The translations under genes were made by a program, and so were the position numbers. From positions 60,450,001-60,514,000 of the forward strand of contig CM060732.1 in the NCBI GenBank assembly GCA_030704615.1: a DNA stretch of 64,000 nt. The letters are read 5' to 3'. The notes below the pieces were generated by a model. The model worked only from the letters and a program-made list of their open reading frames with translations. It was not told the origin of the DNA and did no database searches. This DNA comes from Takakia lepidozioides. Its lineage: Eukaryota > Plantae > Bryophyta. This document shows, piece after piece, positions 10,044 through 23,245 of the stretch (the first letter of the stretch is position 1; every line of letters starts with the position of its first letter).

Positions 10044-13000
10044 ATGGCGGGACCTTCACCGCCCTCTCCTTCCCTCCGCACTGCTGTGGAACCGCGCCCA
10101 CCTCGGGTGCTGTCTACTCTCTACGGTTCTCGTCTGCGGACTCTCCATCATCTCCTCATTGACCTCTTGGGCCCTGCGATTTCCTGCCCCTTTCCGTCCT
10201 CTGGGAATTTTCCCGCATCCTCTGTCTATGAGTCTAACGGCAATGTGCCTCACTCGCCACTCCAGGCCGTCGAAGCTGGAGTCCAGAATACAGATACAGG
10301 GCACCTAAAGGTTCCAGTGGGGGATTGCCGAGTATGTTCAGGAAATAGCAACAGACGATGTGGACTACAGCCAGAGATTACTTGCGCGGACCAGATTGCA
10401 ACTGTTGCGAATGGGTGGAGCTTAATTCGAGAGGGCGACTCTGTGGAGTATGTTACACTCCTGGAGAACAGCTATGCTGTTGTTTCAGAGAGCGCACCAT
10501 CCATTGGTGTCGTCACTGTGACTCAACGTTGGAGCCAGCGGCAGGCCAGTCCACTTTCTCTCTGTCATTATGCAGGACAGTTGAATTGCTATTGAAAGCG
10601 GATTTAATATGCATGCGTACAGTCACAGTAATTCACATTCCACCTTCGCTTTATGCCTACAGCAGATGGGTGATGGTCCTTGTATATGTGAGGGAGGCTT
10701 TGCTTGCCGAAGCCTTATGGCATAGACCTCACTGCTGGGTAAAGATGGAGAATTCTGTACTCTGTGGAGTAGTTGAGCTCATCAATGCAATTTTGAAGGT
10801 CGCACTTAAGTGTGCTACTACTCCATGCATAATCTGGCCATTGCAAACTTCTTGCAATCCATTGGCCCAAAACCTTAAATGACAAGGAGGGAGTTGGACA
10901 GGTGGTGGACAGGGTTATAGAGCTGCAGTTTCGGCAGGATGCAAATTGCTCCCATGTTCTTTGTTTAGGTTATCGCCAGGTTAACCTCTCTCTGGTTTCT
11001 CTATCCATGCCTGTTTTCTGCTTTTCGAAGCTTCAGTGTTTATGCAAACAGACAAAGGAAAGCAGTTTGAGGGGGAAGGGACCCATGGAGAGAGTTACCC
11101 TGAGGAAAGGACAGACACTATGATCAAGTTTTTCTCTTTCTGCAGATTCGACCAACAGTTGTAGGGATGCAACAAGTATCGGCTCCTCAGGGCCTGGAGT
11201 ACAAGTTTCCAAACGCAGCAGTCGAACTTGTGACCTCACACGCGTGGATGGTCCTGCTATCTCGGGTAAGGGAGCGCACAACCTCCTTTGCCATGTTCAG
11301 TTTCACAACCAACCAACAAACCAACAGGTTAGTGATCCCTGTGGAACCCCAGGCTTAAACCACTTCACATTTGTTATCAATGTCATGGTAAAACTAGCAA
11401 AGAGAGGAGAGGTAAGGGAGGTCCTTTCAGTGATGTCAGTCAAAAATTTGTACACAACTTAGCAGAACCTATTTCAGCCCATGCTCCAGAGGGAGGGGGG
11501 GTGTTTGTTATCACCCATTCCCAATAGGAAGGTGTTAGTAGAGCCAAGTACTCAAGCAAGGGGATGCATAGAGGCCTTTGGTTTGCAAAAGTATGCATAG
11601 ATCCAGAGTAGAGCTAGTCAAGTCCATGTCAGTAAGCATGACCGTAAGCACCCATTTCTAAATGGAAAGTGTTACTAGACCAAGTACTCAGCAAGGGCAC
11701 ACATAGAAGTAAACACCTTACTTACCTTGCTTGTAGACACAGTTCAGCTGTAAGGTAGTCAGCTCCTTCAGCTCTTGCCTGCTCCTCCTCCAAATGAGGA
11801 GAGTGGCCAGTCTTTCTAACCTTATAGGGCAACCGCTTTAGGTTAAGAACTAGGAAAAAACCTAATGAGTCATCCCATTCTCTGCATTCCCATTCCGTTC
11901 TAGGCAATTCTTGAATGCTGCTACAAAGAACTTAGCCACATTCAAGTAAAGAGAGAGAGGATGTACTCATGAGACTTTGTTTGCCGTAGCCTTGTGGCAA
12001 TACCAGTTTGGAAGAAAACATAGGGAATAGGCACTACTTTTGTGAGGGGCTCACTCCAGTAGTATCACTTACCTTGATATAAACAATTAGTTCGGCTTTC
12101 CAGATATTCTGTAGATAGCCCTTCACACAAGCATCAATCTGCTGTGTGTGTGAGCAGCCCAAAAGTCAGACCCCAACAGGGCCAGGGCTGTAGGCTCAGC
12201 CTCGATAACGTTGGTGAAAGAGAGTATACTCATAAGACGTGTTTCCCGTAGCCTTGTGACAAGGGGCTCACTCGGGAGTGTGACTTACCTTGATAAAGAC
12301 AATTACTTCAGGTTTTCCACATATCCTCTAGAAAGCCCTTCACACAAGCATCAACTTGCTGTGTGTGAGCTGCCCAGAAATTAGACCCCATCAGGGCCAG
12401 GGCTTTAGTCTCAGCCTCTAGATTTTCAAAGTAGCAGATAGTGGAAGTTACAAAGCCCGAATTCCACCTCTGCATAAGAAAGGATAATCCAAAGTAGAAC
12501 TTCTCCTTAAGAGTAAGATAAGAAAAACAATTTGCTGCTTTCAAAAGTATTAGAGAGATGTACTCATAAGACGTTGTTTGCCGTAGCCTTGTGGCCATTG
12601 ACCCCGCGTCCAGTTTGAGCAGAACACAAAGGGACAGAAACTACCTTTCTCAGGGGCTGACGCCGGTAGTATGACTTACCTTGAATCATGCAATTGATCC
12701 GAGTTTTCCAGATAACCTCTAGAAATCCCTTCACACAAACATCAATCTGATGTGTGTGATTTGCCCAATAACTAGACCCCAAGAGGGCCTGGGCGTTTGG
12801 CTCAGCCTCGAGATTTCAAAGTTGGTAAACAGAGGTACAGGAACAATTCCCTTGATGGTATTGAAGAGGGTGTCTCTCTGGTGAGAGTGCCCAGGACAAT
12901 GAATCAGGAAGTGGATATTGTCTTCAGGTTGCCCACACACCCGGGCACTTACAACCCCCTTCCTCTCTGTATCTGTTTGCTGTTCAAAGGTAGGCTACCC

Positions 13001-13778
13001 GCCCTGAGTTTGAATTTCTGTTTAGTGCTGAAGTGGGTAAACCCTTAAGGTCATCCATGATGGCCTCATCACAAACTGGAAACAGGTTCAGGGAACTTTT
13101 CTGCCTACCTTCATTTTCATCAGACAATTTCCTGGCAACAGACATGGCTTTGGAAACTTCAGCCTCCAAGTCAGTTTTATCCAACAGGGTCATGGCTTGC
13201 GGACTTAGATTAAGATCCCTGAAAATCTCTTCTACCCTCTTCCACCAGGACTTAGCCTGTTTGACAGGGCGCTCCTGCTTCCAAGATATAGAGTCGATTA
13301 ACTTAGGATATCTTGATTAGTCATAAGTTGCAGCTGACCCCACCATCTGACCTTGAATTCATCTCGTCGGGAGCTTAAGGGAGGAATGCCAAACTCACCC
13401 CGAACATCCACATTAGCTGTTTTGGAGCATGTTGACATGCACTCCTTGAGCACCCCCACTTGAATGGATTCTAGGGACTTAGCCTGGTTGGAGTTATCAA
13501 CCCAGACAGCAGATGTGTACTCCAAGGTAGGCCTAATAACGCGGCAAAGCATGGTTCTTCCTACTTCAGAGTATTAGAGATTGTACTCATAAGACGTTGT
13601 TTGCCGTAGCCTTGTGGCCATTGACCCCGCGCCCAGTTTGAGCAGGAACAAAAGGGACAGAACCTACCTCTGTCAGGGGCTGACGTTGGTAGTAAGACTT
13701 ACCTTCATATACAGAAATAATCCGGGTTTTCCAGATATCCTCTAGAAATCCCTTCACACAAGCATCAATTCAGAGTAT

Positions 13779-13811
<33 letters not shown>

Positions 13812-16800
13812 AAAACAGGAATTTATTGCATTCACAGAGGCCCACAAAGAGAGGCTAGTCATTGAGTGTGTGGCGGGTCAAATGCAATGGATGCAGGTGG
13901 GGGACACGGCAATGCTATATATGCTTTCACATTTGGCCATCTTTGTACCTCTTCGCAGTCACTGCTTCTTGCAAGTGTCTGGTCCTCCTGTCACTGCTGC
14001 TGCATCTTTCCATAGGCAGCTTGTTCACCCAACGTTCACTCATAGGATTGATCAGCATAATCTTGCAAGTTCCAAGAAACAAAGACATCAGGAAGGGGAT
14101 CACAGTTTCAATACCGATGGTGGTGCGACTGGCATGGATGGAAGGAATGGTGATCTCCAAAGAGAACCTTTAGTTCTCCGTTTTGCCAATAGGAATCTGT
14201 CATGTTCTCTTTCTACGAGTCAAGAAGTTTTTGTGGAGTTCTTATGGAGAGCGTTATTTTCTCTCTTTTTGGTCTTCCCTTGGATGTTGTGAAGGTCCTT
14301 TCTTTCTTCTATACTGCCCTCTATACTACGAGATCCGTGGGAGATTGCACTGTTTATTCAGTGGAACCCAAACTCTCACTGATGTCTTTCACTATGAGGA
14401 TCAAAAATGCTTGGCTGCCTACGAGGCCTTCACCCTTAGACAATCGCTAGAACATTAATTGTGGTTTCTGGCTTTGTTCCTCTCTCATGTTTTCTTCCAT
14501 TTTGTCCCATAAGCTCTATGAGCTTTCCGCGGACGTTATAAAGCACCATTTCATTTCATTTCTTCTCTCTTTCCTGAGATAAGTTATGATATAAGGTTCT
14601 AGAGAAGAGCAAGAAGACTTTGGATCAAAATTTATTAGAAAACCTCTCCAAATAAGATCTCAAAGCCAAGGGGACACAAGGGCAAGACTCATTTCCTCCT
14701 TTCTGGGTGAGGAGCCCTAGGGATGCAAACCACTCTCTCTCTTACTTTCTCAAATACAACAAACGATTGGATGCAGAGCATTGTGTAGGACCTTATCAAG
14801 GCAAAGTCTTTCATATTGGCTTGAAGCATTCAGTTGATAGGTTCGATGATCTACTATTCTGTTTCATGTAGTACATTTGTAACAAGAATGAAAATATGCT
14901 CAGGCGCCTGACACTCGTGTTTTGGATTTGCTGTATCAGGGATCAACAGTGGAATCCGCATGTATGAATCAACAGATTTATTTGGATTGGAACTTCGTTG
15001 CCATGGAGCCATGCCAGGTCACAAGCTGAAGAACCTCATGTTGAAGCACGAGGATGTACTTAAGCTCAAAGGAAGCTGTCATGAGTTCCCAGTGATAGGT
15101 CATCATATTTGTGATGCTGGGGCTGGTGAAGAAGCTGATGAAGTATGTAAACATTTGTGTAAAAAAAGTTTGGTAAATGAGCTTTGTGGTCGTAATTCTG
15201 GGTTGTCTGGAGCACCAATGAAACAAACCCCAGAGCCAATTTCTGATTTTGAATTTGAGAGGACCAGGCTTCCTGCACCAGGACCCAGTGGAAGTATGGG
15301 GCAAAAGGGTCGAGGATGCAAAAGGTGTAGGGGTGGAGACGAGCCAGCCTGCCCTAGAGGTCACAAGCAACTTTGCACCACCAAAATTGTAAATGAGGGC
15401 AAACTGATAAAGGCTACTGTATCACAGAACCAAGGCACATGTTTGGGCTGTGCAGAATCCATTGCAGATAAAGGAGTGTCAGTGAAGCAGATCCCAGCAC
15501 CTTATGCCAGAAGAAGTTGTGCGACATTCACTAAGCAGGGAGAAAAGCAAAAACATATGACAGAGAGAGGCAATGAGCACACAGAAAGAGGTCTTATTCG
15601 AAGTGGTAGACAAAGACAATCCCCACTTGTAAGAAGTGTGGGAACCGGGGGAAATTCCTCATCAATCTCAGGGTGGTCAGTTGTGAAGTGTGGCTCTAAT
15701 ATGGATGCTGCAGATAAATCTTCATCAATGAAACGAGTGAGACCATCCAGCTGGCAGCGCCGGAGGGCTCGAGCCATGCAAAACCTAGTGTCTGCCCACC
15801 CTTCGTGTTGCATCAAATACACAGTGTGTACCCCCAGTGGGCAAATTGGGGTGACCTCTGATATGTCTCTTAATGATTGCAGAGTGGTTGATGCCCATGC
15901 TGGTAAGGGTATAAGTTACTCCTCTTATGATCTCGATTGGTCTTTGTACTAACATTGCATTTGAACAACTGCATTGCAGCATCTCTAGGCCTGATGAAAG
16001 AGTTGAAATGGTAGTCTCCTATTTGTGGTGGACGTTTCTCATCAAACTCTTGTTGGAAGTTTCAGGATCTAGTGCATCAATAGGAGATGGTAGAATGATG
16101 TGGAGCTGTAGTACTGGTCTCAAAGTGGGTGAGGTGAATCTGCAGCTTCTGATTGAATCACAAGTATCTAATACACATCAAGTATCAACCAAGAGAGAGA
16201 AGCAAGAGCCTTGATTTTTGAAGTCTGACATTCTTGGGTTGGTTTGCAGAGGCCACTGTTCAACGTCCAGTGCCCAAGAATCAGACTACTTGCTATGTTG
16301 CAATGACACCACCGCACGAAGGGTTTCACAGATCAAATATCACCAAAAGAAGATCTTCTCATATGGAGAAGGGTCTTCCAATCTCTGAATCTGCAAACGA
16401 GTCAGGTCGAGCAAACAGCCATAGCTATGCTGTGAAACAGGCAATCGGAGCCAAGCTGGCAGAGAAAGTGGGTCCTTCTGGGAGAATAATCAATCGTGCT
16501 CCCTTATTTTATAACTCCTCCTTTGCACGCCACGCAGGCCTTCCAGCTACCCGTATCCTCTTAACGTCACCCCATCCTTATATTCATCTTCGTCTTTCCA
16601 ATGGATCCCCTCATATCCAGTGCAGTGCCCATCCCCTCACAGTTTCTGCTAGTCCAGATCTTTGAGCTGACTTACTACAGCCTCCTGCCAGCACAGCAAG
16701 CAATCTTCTAGGATACATTGTAGAGAAGCATGTCTTACTCCTTCACTGCTCCATAGATATTCTTAACTCAACCAGACCCAACGATACCGGTGTTTCCCAG

Positions 16801-19800
16801 ATTTTTGGAGCAATTTTTGGGATGCCTGACTTGGCTCTATGCTCTTCCTCTAAGGAAAGGACGTTGGAACCAGCAGTGGCTGGATCCAAGAAAGAGATTA
16901 TCAAGTAAGTTCGACGTGAAGGTTGCTTACAATGACAAGCCGGTTGTAGTGATGTTACACAATGCTGAATGTTTTCTTTGTACCTCTGTCAAGGTTTGTG
17001 AACCAACTTCTAACACCTGATCTTGCTGGGATAAGACAGAAATGTGAAGCAGCTCTTAGGGAAGCTGTTGCGCAATGCAAAGCATTGTGGATATGCACGC
17101 CTATTACAACGCCACTGCCCTCTTCCTTCTCATTTGGTACCTATTGCATGATAATCCTATATACTGTTTGACTTTGAAGTGAAGCACAGAACTCAGGTGT
17201 CACCCTTATTTGTTGTCTCGTGCTAGTCGCCATGTCAAAACTCGCTTGGTGTCTCTTCGGTTTGTTTGGTCAGTTGTGTTTACATTCCAATCGATGACTT
17301 GCATTCATGCTATGTTTTGGTGCAATTTAATGTATGGCAGGAACAGTCTATTTAGTTCCAGCTATTGCCTAGAAACGGAATTTGCAGTAGCTGACATGAT
17401 GGCTTGACCTCTCCAAGCCTGCTCAAAGTGCAATGAGAGCGAGGAACGTATTTGATGTAAGGTGTATTGATCTTGTCTATGAATCTGGATAGCAGGAATC
17501 GAGGAATGAAAGCAAAGACTTAAACCTTTTGGAAGAAGGATATGCTACACAGGAAGAAGATATTGATTTGGATGAAGACTCGGTGTCCTTGTCAGGTGTA
17601 GACAGTGCTGGTTTGGCAGATATGCTAAGTACATCGGCCCAGATGCAGTCTACTTCAGTATTTAAGACAGTGGTGGATGATTGTGACACATTGCAAAAGA
17701 TGAATGCTGCACAGCAATTTAGATCTGATGAACTCTCCAATGGGGATTGTTGTACAAGCACCTTCAGTGAGGCAGGAGATAGAGAGCGTGTAGTTAAACA
17801 GATGCGTGCTGTTGAGATGAATGTGGACAAAGATGTCAGTAGAGGACATACACGTGGTTGGTTTCATATGAAGGGAAGCCAAAGAAGTCCAATATGCACG
17901 TCTAATAAGGAGGCCGTTGAAGGAGGTGAGGAACTCTGTAAAGTCCAGGAGAGCCATGCTGTGTCAGCTGGTCAGGAAGCCTCCATTAGAGAGCTCATAG
18001 CCTGTGACACAAGGCACTGTCAAGTGGTGGCCTTTCTGTGGGCTGTATGCCGAAGTCTTATCCCCAAAGAGTTTCTTGGCTCTACCCGTAATTGGAGAAG
18101 TCTGCGCAGGAGCATCGCCTGCTTTGTAGGTCTCCGGAGACATGAAACATTCTATGTTCAGCACACTCTCAACAAGCTTCAGCGTTCGGGCTTCACCTGG
18201 CTCAACTTTGGACATCATCGTCAAGGAAAGCAGGTATCTGGAAACTTGTCCCAGACGCTTTGTCAAGTATCATGGGAATCAAAGGAGGTGGTAGAAGGTG
18301 TCACTCACACCTGTACACAGACAAAGGTTGGCAGTCCAGTATTGTTGAAGCTCAGCAATGGTGCAACAGAGAGTTCCCTAAAATGTGGTGTCAAGAGAGC
18401 AGTTGGTAGCCCTGACAGTACAAGATGCTGTGCTAAAGGAAGTGAAGGCTTGTATGAAAGTCCTGATCGTAAGGGCTGCAGTCGCATGCTTAATTCACCG
18501 AAGGCCAATAACTATGTTGGAGCAAGTGCCAGTCTTGCCAAGAAACCATGTTTGGAACCCAAAGGAAGGAGTGATCGTCATGAACAGATAGGAAAGCTTC
18601 CCTGTCCTAATACTGCTTCCTTCAGAGCTACTTCAGGAGCAAGTTGTGCTAGGTTGCAGGCAGTTTCAGCAGGGAACGGGGATAGGGTACCAGAAGAGGT
18701 AGTGATCAGGACTGCCAAGGCAACGCCTTCAGCTGGAGAGAGGGCATTTCAGCAGAAGATGCTCGAAGACTGGCTCTTCTGGTTCTTCAGCAGTCTAATA
18801 GTGCCCCTTATTCGAGCTCATTTCTATGTCACAGAAAGTGAGAATCACAGGCAAAATGTTTTCTATTACCGTAAACCTGTGTGGGCAACGATCCATTCAC
18901 TGGCCATGAGGGAACTGACTGCCACTTGCTATAAGAAGATGACCCTTAGGTCAGTAGCTGACATGCTGGAGAAGAGAGCCCTGGGGTTCTCTCAGATTCG
19001 AATGGTGCCTAAGAACAATGGTGTCCGCCCTATCTGCAATCTAAGTTCTCCGTCCAAGTGTGCACTTCCATTTGGTTTGGAGACACGCGAGCAGATTTGC
19101 ACCAAGACCTTTGGTGGTTGCGGAAAGTCGGCTATGGTGTCTGGCCTGAGTGGCACTGATAGTGGTGGTAATAATTCAGTTGGTGATCTGCAACAACCAT
19201 TGCCTACAGCATTCACTCCAAAAGTTGAAAAGAAAGAGATGAGATTTGCATTTAAATCTATCAACTCTGTGCTGAAGGATACACACGTTTGCCTTAAATA
19301 TGAACAAGGTAGTCATCCGGAAGATTTGGGCTCATCGGTGTTTGGCTATAAGGACATCTATTTCAAACTTCTTCCCTTCATTATTCGCTTGAAAGGTCAC
19401 CCAGGAGGGGTTCCACCTCTGTATATGGCTGTTTGTGACGTATCTAAAGCTTATGATACTATTCAGCAAGACAAGCTGTGTCAGGTGGTACATGCCTTTG
19501 TTCGCTCACCCATTTTTACTGTCAAACGCTTTGCCTGTGTATCCCCCACTGTGGGGTCCCTAAGAGTTGCCTATGAACGAGAATGCACACTTTTTCCCGA
19601 CCACCTAAACTCTCTGGATTTCGCAATGGACCTGACCATCAAGCGCTCCCACTCCATTCTTCAAGACCAGGTACCTGGGTGCTGTCTCTGTAGATTTTCA
19701 TTTGTTTGATCTGGAAGCAAGCAGACATCAATCATATTATTGCCTTGCATATGAAGAAATGCCCAAGCAGGTTGGAATTCAGCCAGGGTAAGCACCTAAA

Positions 19801-22298
19801 GAAACACCCTAAGTACCAGGTAAGACTGCAGACTGACCACACTCCAAGAAAAATTAGCCACACAACAAATGACTAAGGAGGCAGGATGCATAGCACATTC
19901 AGTGTCATCTCAATATTGAAGAGACCTTTGATTATGAGACCCAAAGCGCCTGGCGGCCTTCCTCCATGAGGGTTCTGCAAATGTTTTATCCACTAGGGCT
20001 GCGCGTTGCTTTCCACTACTAGTGACGACTTCTGAGAACAATATTCTGAGTAGTTGGTTCATTCAATAGAAGTGTATGTGTATGTGATGATGAACTAGTG
20101 TGAAAGGCATGATGATGAATAGCATTGCTTATGGGTTCTATCATAAAATTTCCACCCACCTGCTATACCTGCAAGTTAATATTATCTGATGAATGGGGTG
20201 CTTCGTGTTCTTGAGAAAACAGCCATCCAGTTTTTTCTGCCATCCATATGTGAAGATGGGAATTATCACGAAAGCACTAGCACCAGAAGAAAAGAGACTG
20301 TAATATGACCAATGAAAAGGGCCTGGATATGCAGGCGGTGGCCACAAGAATAGTCCGAGCACAGGTAATGGCATTCGTGGAGGAACATGTGAAGAGAAAC
20401 ATGGTGAGGATCGGCTCAAATTTCTACCAGCAGACTGTCGGCATTCCACAAGGCAGTGTGCTCTCTTCACTTCTTTGTTCGGTTTTCTATGGCCATCTGG
20501 ATACACATGAACTGTTACCCCTTCTACAGAAGCCATGTACTCATTTTTGCATAGAAAGTCTGGAGCATAACACTTGTAGTGTGTCAAAAAACCCAACAAT
20601 GAACGTGAGCTCGGATATTCAAGGAGTTACCTCGTATGGAGGGTGTGCCGGCCCTTTGGAAGCTGAAGCTGAGGCAATGCTACATTTGTTGCTGGGAAGG
20701 CAGGGAATATCTGGAAGTAATTCGCTACAAGATTCACACCAAGAACTGTTGCATTCTTGTGTGGGTTCGGTAGGGGGTTCCCTGGAGGAGTTAGCCAGCA
20801 GTGACCTGTCAGGAATGTCTTCCAAAGTTAAGGATGCAAAGAATCCCTCGGAAGCAACTGCTAGTGCAAGTGGGGAGTCCATCTTATTGCGGCTAATTGA
20901 TGATTCTCTATTAATTTCAACTTCAGAAGATGTAGTGGGCAGGTTTGTTGACATCATGCATAAGGGCTTCAGGGAGTATGGGTGCCATGCCAACAGACAC
21001 AAGACAGCTGTCAGTTTCAATTTGCTGCTCAGTGAAAGCCAGGATAGATATGAAAGAAAGGTATATGTGAGTGATGATGGAGCATCCTTCATGCGGTGGA
21101 GTGGACTACTCATTAATTGCTGCACGTTGGAGATCCAAGCTGACTACACCAGGTATCCTTCAGGCCCCTTGCCTAAATATTAGTTTTTCAGTGAGGAAGC
21201 ATATAAGGAAGCCTTTGTCATGATCGATAACAGTGAAGGATAGAATGTTCATGTGTATACCCACAGACATGTTTTGGTTGATGGAGGTATGTCGGGGAGC
21301 ACATCAAAGGGACACTATCAATAGTAAGACACAAGAATCCTGGAGTGCAAGTGCCATTCAAACTGTGCCACTTCATGCGAGCCAAGTGCCATCCATTGCT
21401 GTATGATCTTCGAATCAACTCGCCCTCCACAGTTCGCCTCAACGCTTTCCAGGGCTTCCTGTTGTGTGCCATGAAGTTTCATGCCTATGTCTGTTGCCTG
21501 CCCCGGATAACGGCCCACCATCCTCCCTTCCTTTTGGAGGCTATCCTCTGCACTTCAAGGTAGGCAACTGTGTAGTCCAAATTTGCTTGTCATGCCTGTT
21601 TTCCAATCACATAAGACATCAAGGTGCGTGCCTCTTAGAATGTACATTTTCTGTAGCCTTGTGGCCAGTTTGGGCTGAACAAGAGGGAACAAACACTACC
21701 TTTGTGAGGGACTCCATATAAACAATATGTTCGGGCTTTCCAGATTTCCTCTAGAAAGCCCTTCACACAAGCATCAATCTGCTGTGTGTGATCTGCGCAG
21801 CAGTTGGACCCCAACAGGGCCAGGTGTGTGCCTCTTAGAGTAAGATTAGACTTGGAAGGACATGTAGTCACCCGTTCATTGCATCCTTCTATCATTGACA
21901 TGCAGATGCCTTTGTTCAATCAAATTTTCTGTTTATGTAGCTTCCTACTATGTTTGAATAAATTCATACTTAGAATGCCCCAGTGCCCAGAGCTCTGGTG
22001 AGTTAAGTATTAAAAGTGCCTTGAATGCTGTAGGTATATGCACAGACTGCTCAAGAAGAGAATGCAAGCGATCGGAGCCAGTGGTTATATTGCACTTACA
22101 GAGAAGGAGGTAGATTGGCTTGGACTGGTTGCGTTTCGTAAGGTACTGTTGAAGAAGCAGTCCAGGTACTCTGTACTCCTTGGCATGCTCCAAGCAAGAC
22201 TTCATATGTCCAAGTATAGGGCATTACATTGCTGCCCTCACCTGATGTCTGCCATTGGGAATGAACGGTCGTCCATATTCAAGCAAATCAAATATTGA
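10044..22298 (+). CDS. TERT: Telomerase reverse transcriptase, 12 exons, ~1,997 aa
   Basis: Exons 10044-10544, 10902-10979, 11146-11265, 13897-14149, 14940-15902, 16250-16552, 16757-16904, 17040-17136, 17496-19670, 20335-21152, 21287-21559, 22034-22298 join in phase (5994 nt). Motifs: CP (HCGYARLLQRHCP), T (FYVTESENHRQNVFYYRKPVW), 1/2 (IRMVPKNNGVRPI), A (CDVSKAYDTI), B' (GIPQGSVLSSLLC), C (LLRLIDDSLLIS), E (WSGLLIN), CTE (KCHPLLYDLRINS). Confidence 0.95.
11941..13784 (-). mobile_element. Head-to-tail array of 5'-truncated LINE copies (family A, RTE/RTEX-like) in TERT intron 3
   Basis: The 3' end TACTCATAAGACG..TTTGCCGTAGCCTTGTGG recurs at ~11964, 12227, 12561 and 13585. The longest copy encodes an RT C-terminal region (IRPTLEYTSAVW...VRGEFG) and CxxC..HFLIHC. 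TTCAGAGTATTAGAGA is duplicated at 13565-13580 and 13769-13784. Confidence 0.85.
13781..13808 (+). repeat. (GA)n microsatellite
   Basis: About 14 GA units adjoining the LINE array. Confidence 0.9.
14305..14565 (+). mobile_element. 3' end of RTE-like LINE (family B) in TERT intron 4
   Basis: Near-identical to 26041-26177 plus 30630-30730; ends in a (CATTT)n tail. Confidence 0.85.
21640..21820 (-). mobile_element. Short family-A LINE copy in TERT intron 11
   Basis: Same 3' sequence as the intron-3 copies; flanked by the imperfect duplication CAAGGTGCGTGCCTCTTAGA / CCAGGTGTGTGCCTCTTAGA. Confidence 0.8.
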
Positions 22299-22849
22299 TC
22301 TCTCTCCCCCCTCTCTCAACCCAAACTGGGTGGCTCGACATCAGTTTTTGAAGTTTCTGGGAGGCTCATCCTCCCTTAAAGAATTATGCTCTCAGATGGC
22401 ACCAAGCCCTCATGACTGGATAAATGCACCAGTATAAATGTACATCCGGAATTTTGCAGGCCATGAATCCAGCAAGGTCTTCAGCACCTCAACATTGATA
22501 GATACCCTCCAATTGTTGGAGAAACAGGGGAAGGAAATATGAATGAAGTGTTGTTCTTGTGTACCCAAGGGTCCTAATCGATTCAAGTGTGACTGTGTTG
22601 TGTACATTGGACAGACCAAAATGACTTGACCTCAAAGTTTTCTGGAAGGGAAATTTGAAACCTACTAAAACACTTGCAGACAGTGTGATAGAAAGTAGAG
22701 AACTGGTGCAAGTGTGTATTTGCAACTACAGGGTTTTTAGGCTGACCCTTCTAAGATGGACACTGGCAGTGGCTTGAAATGAATTGGTGATTGTTGTGTG
22801 GTGTTCAAGGGAACTGTGTGTATGCAGGTAATTGGAGCAGTAGGAGAGT

Positions 22850-23245
22850 AGTACTCACGTTTGCCATAGCCTTCGTGGCCATAGACTCTGCACACAGTTT
22901 GGGCAGAATAGATTGTACTCATAAGACATTGTTTGCCGTAGCCTTGTGGCCATTGACCCCGCGCCCAGTTTGAGCGGGAACAAAAGGGACAGAACCTACC
23001 TCTGTCAGGGGCTGACGTTGGTAGTAAGACTTACCTCCATATATAGAATTAATCCGGGTTTTCCAGATATCCTCTAGAAATCCCTTCACACAAGCATCAA
23101 ACTGTTGTGTGTGATTTGCCCAAAAATTAGGCCTCAGGAGGGCATGGGCTTTTGGCTCAGCCTCGAGACTTTCAAAGTTGGTAAACAGGGGTACAGGCAC
23201 AATACCCTTAATAGATTTGAAGAGAGAGCCTCTTTGGTGAGAGAA
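22850..23245 (-). mobile_element. Family-A LINE 3' ends (two stacked copies)
   Basis: ORF ends ...GRGVNGHKATANNVL, as in the intron-3 copies. Confidence 0.8.

Noticed and set aside
16962-17171. Listed 69-aa ORF as TERT exon 8
   Set aside because: Wrong frame; the CP motif is in the frame starting at 17041 via the acceptor at 17039
14978-21125. Antisense ORFs within TERT exons
   Set aside because: Shadow frames of the long TERT exons with no independent motifs
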